A DNA stretch of 59,702 nucleotides from Alphaproteobacteria bacterium (GTDB lineage Bacteria; Pseudomonadota; Alphaproteobacteria; CALKHQ01): positions 1 to 59,702 of the forward strand of contig JBHJOG010000155.1 in NCBI GenBank assembly GCA_050329975.1, written 5' to 3'. Position 1 is the stretch's first letter; every line of letters begins with the position of its first letter. Below, in pieces: positions 56,600 through 59,702 of the stretch. Below the pieces are notes generated by a model. It was not told the origin of the DNA, did not search any database, and saw only the letters and a list, made by a program, of their open reading frames with translations. A program made the position numbers and the translations under genes.

Positions 56600-57400
56600 G
56601 TGACATCCAGCGAACAGTCCGTGGGCGACCGGCCGGCGCGGCCATCGACCGCCTTCCACTTCCGGTCGAGCGGGCTGACCCATACCGGGCTTGTCCGCAA
56701 GCATAACGAGGACGCCTTCCTCGACAGCGGGTCGATCGGCCTGTGGGCGGTGGCCGACGGCATGGGCGGGCACGAGTCGGGGGACTATGCGAGCCAGCTG
56801 ATCGTCGATACGCTCGCCGCGACCAAACCGCCTGAATCCGCCAGCGCCCTGCTGCACGATGTGAAGCACCGGCTGGACCAGGTCCACCTGGCGCTACAGA
56901 GCGTGGCTGCATCGCGGGGCGAGGGAAGCGTCATCGCCAGCACGGTGGTGGTGCTGATGGCGCATGGGGGCCATTACGCTTGCGTATGGGCCGGCGACAG
57001 CCGAGCCTACCGCTGCCGCGGTTCGGTGCTGCAACAACTGACCAAGGACCACAGCTATGTGCAGTCCCTGGTCGACCAGGGCGTGCTGCAGCCCGAGCGC
57101 GCGGCGACGCATCCCTATGCGAACGTGGTGACGCGCGCGGTCGGCACCGACCAGGGCCTCGACCTGGAGCTGATCACCGGCGAGCTCGCCCCGCACGACC
57201 GCTTCCTGCTGTGCAGCGACGGGCTGAATCGGCAGGTCGGCGATCCGGAGATCGCGACGGTGCTCGCCAGCGCCGGCTGCGACCAGGCCGCGACCACGCT
57301 GGTCGATCTGGCGCTGCAGTCGGGTGCGCGCGACAACGTGACGGCGCTGGTGATCGACGTGCAGCCGGCGACCGTCATGATCGACGCGGAGCCGGTCTGA
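56600..57400 (+). CDS. pppA: PP2C-family Ser/Thr phosphatase PppA
   Basis: THTGLVRKHNEDAF, VADGMGGHESGDYAS, LLCSDGL and ARDNVTALV. Confidence 0.9.
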   Translation: MTSSEQSVGDRPARPSTAFHFRSSGLTHTGLVRKHNEDAFLDSGSIGLWAVADGMGGHESGDYASQLIVDTLAATKPPESASALLHDVKHRLDQVHLALQSVAASRGEGSVIASTVVVLMAHGGHYACVWAGDSRAYRCRGSVLQQLTKDHSYVQSLVDQGVLQPERAATHPYANVVTRAVGTDQGLDLELITGELAPHDRFLLCSDGLNRQVGDPEIATVLASAGCDQAATTLVDLALQSGARDNVTALVIDVQPATVMIDAEPV

Positions 57401-57455
57401 GGCAAAGGGCAGGCGGCGGCAAGGTCCGCCGGCCACATGGGAGAACGACCGAGCG

Positions 57456-58334
57456 ATGGGATTGCGAACCAAGTTCAACCTGGTCCTGGTGGCCGCCTTC
57501 ATCATCGGGCTGGGGCTGGCTGGGCTACTGTCGTTGCAGATCGTCGAGCGCAACGCCAAGGAAGAGGTGGTGCAGAATGCCGAGATCATGATCGAGGCAG
57601 CCAGCGCCATCCGCCGCTACACCTCGACCGAGATCAGCCCGCTGCTGACGGTGCAGATGGACCAGTACGGCACTTTCCTGCCGCACATCGTTCCCTCCTT
57701 CGCCGCCCAGCGCAATTTCGCCACCGTCGCCGAGCGCTTTCCCGACTACAGCTACCAGGAGCCGGCGCTGAACCCGACCAACCCGGACGACCTGGCTGAC
57801 CCGTTCGAGGCCGACATCATCAACCGGTTCCGGGCTGACGCCGCACTGGAGGAACTGGTGTTCGACCACGAATCGGAGGAGGGGCGCTACCTTGTGCTCG
57901 CCCGCCCGATCCGGGTCACCTCCGAGAGCTGCCTGGTCTGCCACAGCACGCCGGCGGCGGCTCCCCAGCCGATGATCGACATCTACGGCACCGAGAACGG
58001 CTTCGGCTGGCAGATGAACGAGGCGGTCGCCGCGCAGGTGGTACGGGTGCCGATGTCGGTGCCGCTCGACCGGGCGATGAATGTTTTCACGGTTTTCATG
58101 ATGGCGCTTGCCAGCGTGTTCATCGTGGTGTTGATCGTGATTAACCTCGTCCTGCAGTATGTCGTGATAAAACCGGTCCTGCGGATGTCCGACATCGCCG
58201 GCCGGGTGAGCATGGGTGAGGCCGACGTGCCGGAATACGTCCGCACCGGCAAGGACGAGATCGCCTCGCTATCGGTGTCGTTCAACAGGATGCGGCGCAG
58301 CTTGCAAAACGCCATGAAGCTGCTGGACGAATGA
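57456..58334 (+). CDS. Membrane sensor: DUF3365/Tll0287-like periplasmic domain with a CxxCH haem-c motif + HAMP, no output domain
   Basis: TM1 (LVLVAAFIIGLGLAGLLSL). Periplasmic region of about 175 aa containing SESCLVCHSTP. TM2 (VFTVFMMALASVFIVVLIVINLVL). HAMP (KPVLRMSDIAGRVSMGEADV...GKDEIASLSVSFNRMRRSL). Stop follows about 15 aa later. Confidence 0.8.
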   Translation: MGLRTKFNLVLVAAFIIGLGLAGLLSLQIVERNAKEEVVQNAEIMIEAASAIRRYTSTEISPLLTVQMDQYGTFLPHIVPSFAAQRNFATVAERFPDYSYQEPALNPTNPDDLADPFEADIINRFRADAALEELVFDHESEEGRYLVLARPIRVTSESCLVCHSTPAAAPQPMIDIYGTENGFGWQMNEAVAAQVVRVPMSVPLDRAMNVFTVFMMALASVFIVVLIVINLVLQYVVIKPVLRMSDIAGRVSMGEADVPEYVRTGKDEIASLSVSFNRMRRSLQNAMKLLDE

Positions 58335-58362
58335 CCGCGCGACTGGGTATGAGGACTGCGAC

Positions 58363-59702
58363 GTGAACAATCCAGGCGGCAGCACGATCGAGGCGATTGG
58401 CCGGTACCGCATCGAGTCAGTCCTCGGGCGCGGCGCCATGGGCGTCGTCTACAAGGGCTACGACGAAGGCATCGACCGCTTCGTCGCGATCAAGACGGTG
58501 CACCGCAACCTGCTTTCCGGCGAAGAGGGCGCGGATTGGCTGCAGCGGTTCCGCCGCGAGGCGCGCGCGGCCGGCCGCTGCCTGCACCAGAACATCGTCA
58601 CCATCTTCGAGTTCGGCGAGCAGGACGGCATGCCGTACATCGTGATGGAGTTCGTCGAGGGCCGCGAACTCAGCGACATCATCCGCGGCGCCGCGCGGGT
58701 GGACCGCAAACAGGCGGTCGACATCGTAAGCCAGGTTCTCGACGCGCTGAACTACGCGCACGCCAACGGCATCGTCCACCGGGACATCAAGCCGGGCAAC
58801 ATCATCATCCTGAAGGACGGCACCGTGAAAGTGACCGACTTCGGCATCGCGCGAATCGATTCGACCAGCATGACAGCCCACGGCTCGGTGGTCGGCACGC
58901 CGAGCTACATGTCGCCGGAGCAGTTCACCGGCGGCGAGATCGACCGCCGGTCAGACATCTTCTCCACCGGCGTGGTGCTGTTCGAGCTGCTGACCGGGCA
59001 GAAGCCGTTTCCCGGCAAGAGCGCTACCGAGGTGATGTACAAGCTGCTCAACCACCAGCCGCCGGCGGTGACCACGCTGAACCCGACGCTGCCGATCGCG
59101 ATGAACTCGGTGGTGCTGAAGGCGCTGTCGCGCGAGCCGAACGAGCGCTTCGCCACCGCCGGCGAGTTCAAGGCGATGCTGGCCCAGGCTGCTGCCATGG
59201 CGCCGGCCGATGAGGACATGACGGTGCTGATGGCGACGGTGCCCGCGCCTGCCGCCGCCCCGGCGCCGACCGAGAGCTCCGGCATCCACGATGAGGCGAC
59301 GCTCCGCCTGGTCTCCGACGCGCTGGCCTATCACATCGGGCCGGTGGCGAAAGTGGTGGTCGAGCAGGCGGCCAAGCAGTCGCCGAACGTCGAAAGCCTC
59401 TACGACACGGTGGCGACCAGCATCAACAACCCGGCCGAGCGCAACGCATTCCTGCAGCGGCGGACCGCGCCGCAGAGCCAGCCGGCCGCCGCGCCCCAGC
59501 CGGCGGCGGCCGCAACGGCGCCGATCTCGGCCGACGACGTGGTCAAGATCCAGCAGGAGCTTTCGACCCATCTCGGCCCGATCGCCAAGATCCTGGTCAA
59601 GCGCGCGATGAAGGAGGTCAATGGCCGCGAGGCCCTGATCCGGGCGCTGGCCGAGCACATCCCGACCGACAAGGAACGCGCCCAGTTCTTCAGCCGGCTG
59701 GG
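58363..59702 (+). CDS. ppkA: Hanks-type Ser/Thr protein kinase (PpkA position), 3' end cut by the window edge
   Basis: Not in the ORF track because there is no stop inside the window. GTG 58363 has GAGGA 7 nt upstream. GRGAMGVVYKG, AIK, HRDIKPGNIIL, DFGIA and GTPSYMSPEQ. After the kinase domain come an Ala/Pro linker and two repeats of about 60 aa (HIGPVAKVVVEQAAK..., HLGPIAKILVKRAMK...). Confidence 0.9.
   Translation, partial: MNNPGGSTIEAIGRYRIESVLGRGAMGVVYKGYDEGIDRFVAIKTVHRNLLSGEEGADWLQRFRREARAAGRCLHQNIVTIFEFGEQDGMPYIVMEFVEGRELSDIIRGAARVDRKQAVDIVSQVLDALNYAHANGIVHRDIKPGNIIILKDGTVKVTDFGIARIDSTSMTAHGSVVGTPSYMSPEQFTGGEIDRRSDIFSTGVVLFELLTGQKPFPGKSATEVMYKLLNHQPPAVTTLNPTLPIAMNSVVLKALSREPNERFATAGEFKAMLAQAAAMAPADEDMTVLMATVPAPAAAPAPTESSGIHDEATLRLVSDALAYHIGPVAKVVVEQAAKQSPNVESLYDTVATSINNPAERNAFLQRRTAPQSQPAAAPQPAAAATAPISADDVVKIQQELSTHLGPIAKILVKRAMKEVNGREALIRALAEHIPTDKERAQFFSRL

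Noticed and set aside
58536-59213. 225-aa plus-strand ORF and several minus-strand ORFs overlapping the kinase region
   Set aside because: These are alternative frames of the Ser/Thr kinase gene. The kinase frame, which is open to the window edge and so absent from the ORF track, carries all the Hanks motifs.
1-59702. Search for CRISPR arrays, tRNA/rRNA genes, transposases, integrases, phage genes or terminal inverted repeats
   Set aside because: None was found by eye. The intergenic regions are short and lack cloverleaf-like or spacer-repeat structure. No ORF shows DDE, tyrosine-recombinase or serine-recombinase motifs.

Overview
High-GC, alphaproteobacterium-like chromosomal segment with no rRNA, tRNA, CRISPR array or mobile element that I could see. 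Bases 1-35.3 kb carry housekeeping and envelope genes. These are a BTAD/TPR regulator fragment, lolA, a HAD hydrolase, an ArnT/PMT-like glycosyltransferase, the conserved DUF4164-zapA-6S RNA-5-formyl-THF cyclo-ligase-YmdB block, two chemoreceptors (one globin-coupled), an EamA transporter, a TadG/vWA protein, a thiolase, an asnB-GT4-GT2 operon, a divergent LpxH-like + GT4 pair, a Tat-exported papain-like peptidase, an FAH-family protein, and an ECF sigma/anti-sigma/fasciclin module. Two large signal-peptide caspase-fold (C14) proteins stand out. One keeps the His/Cys dyad and the other has lost the Cys. They share cadherin-like 108-aa repeats, a peptidoglycan-binding domain and MORN repeats, and one is flanked by a Sel1-repeat protein. 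Bases 35.4-59.7 kb are a single-strand type VI secretion locus: tssA, tssB, tssC, tssC2, tssE, tssF, tssG, hcp, vgrG, an unknown gene, tagH, tssJ, tssK, tssL, tssM, tagF, pppA, a DUF3365-HAMP gene, and ppkA (cut by the window edge). The most interesting candidates are: (i) an output-less haem-c/HAMP membrane sensor between pppA and an atypical ppkA; (ii) an identical ECF-type promoter motif upstream of both the fasciclin gene and tssA, which suggests ECF control of the T6SS; (iii) the active/dead caspase-fold paralogue pair; (iv) an uncharacterised gene in the vgrG-tagH slot. All product calls rest on motif recognition by eye and need profile or database confirmation.
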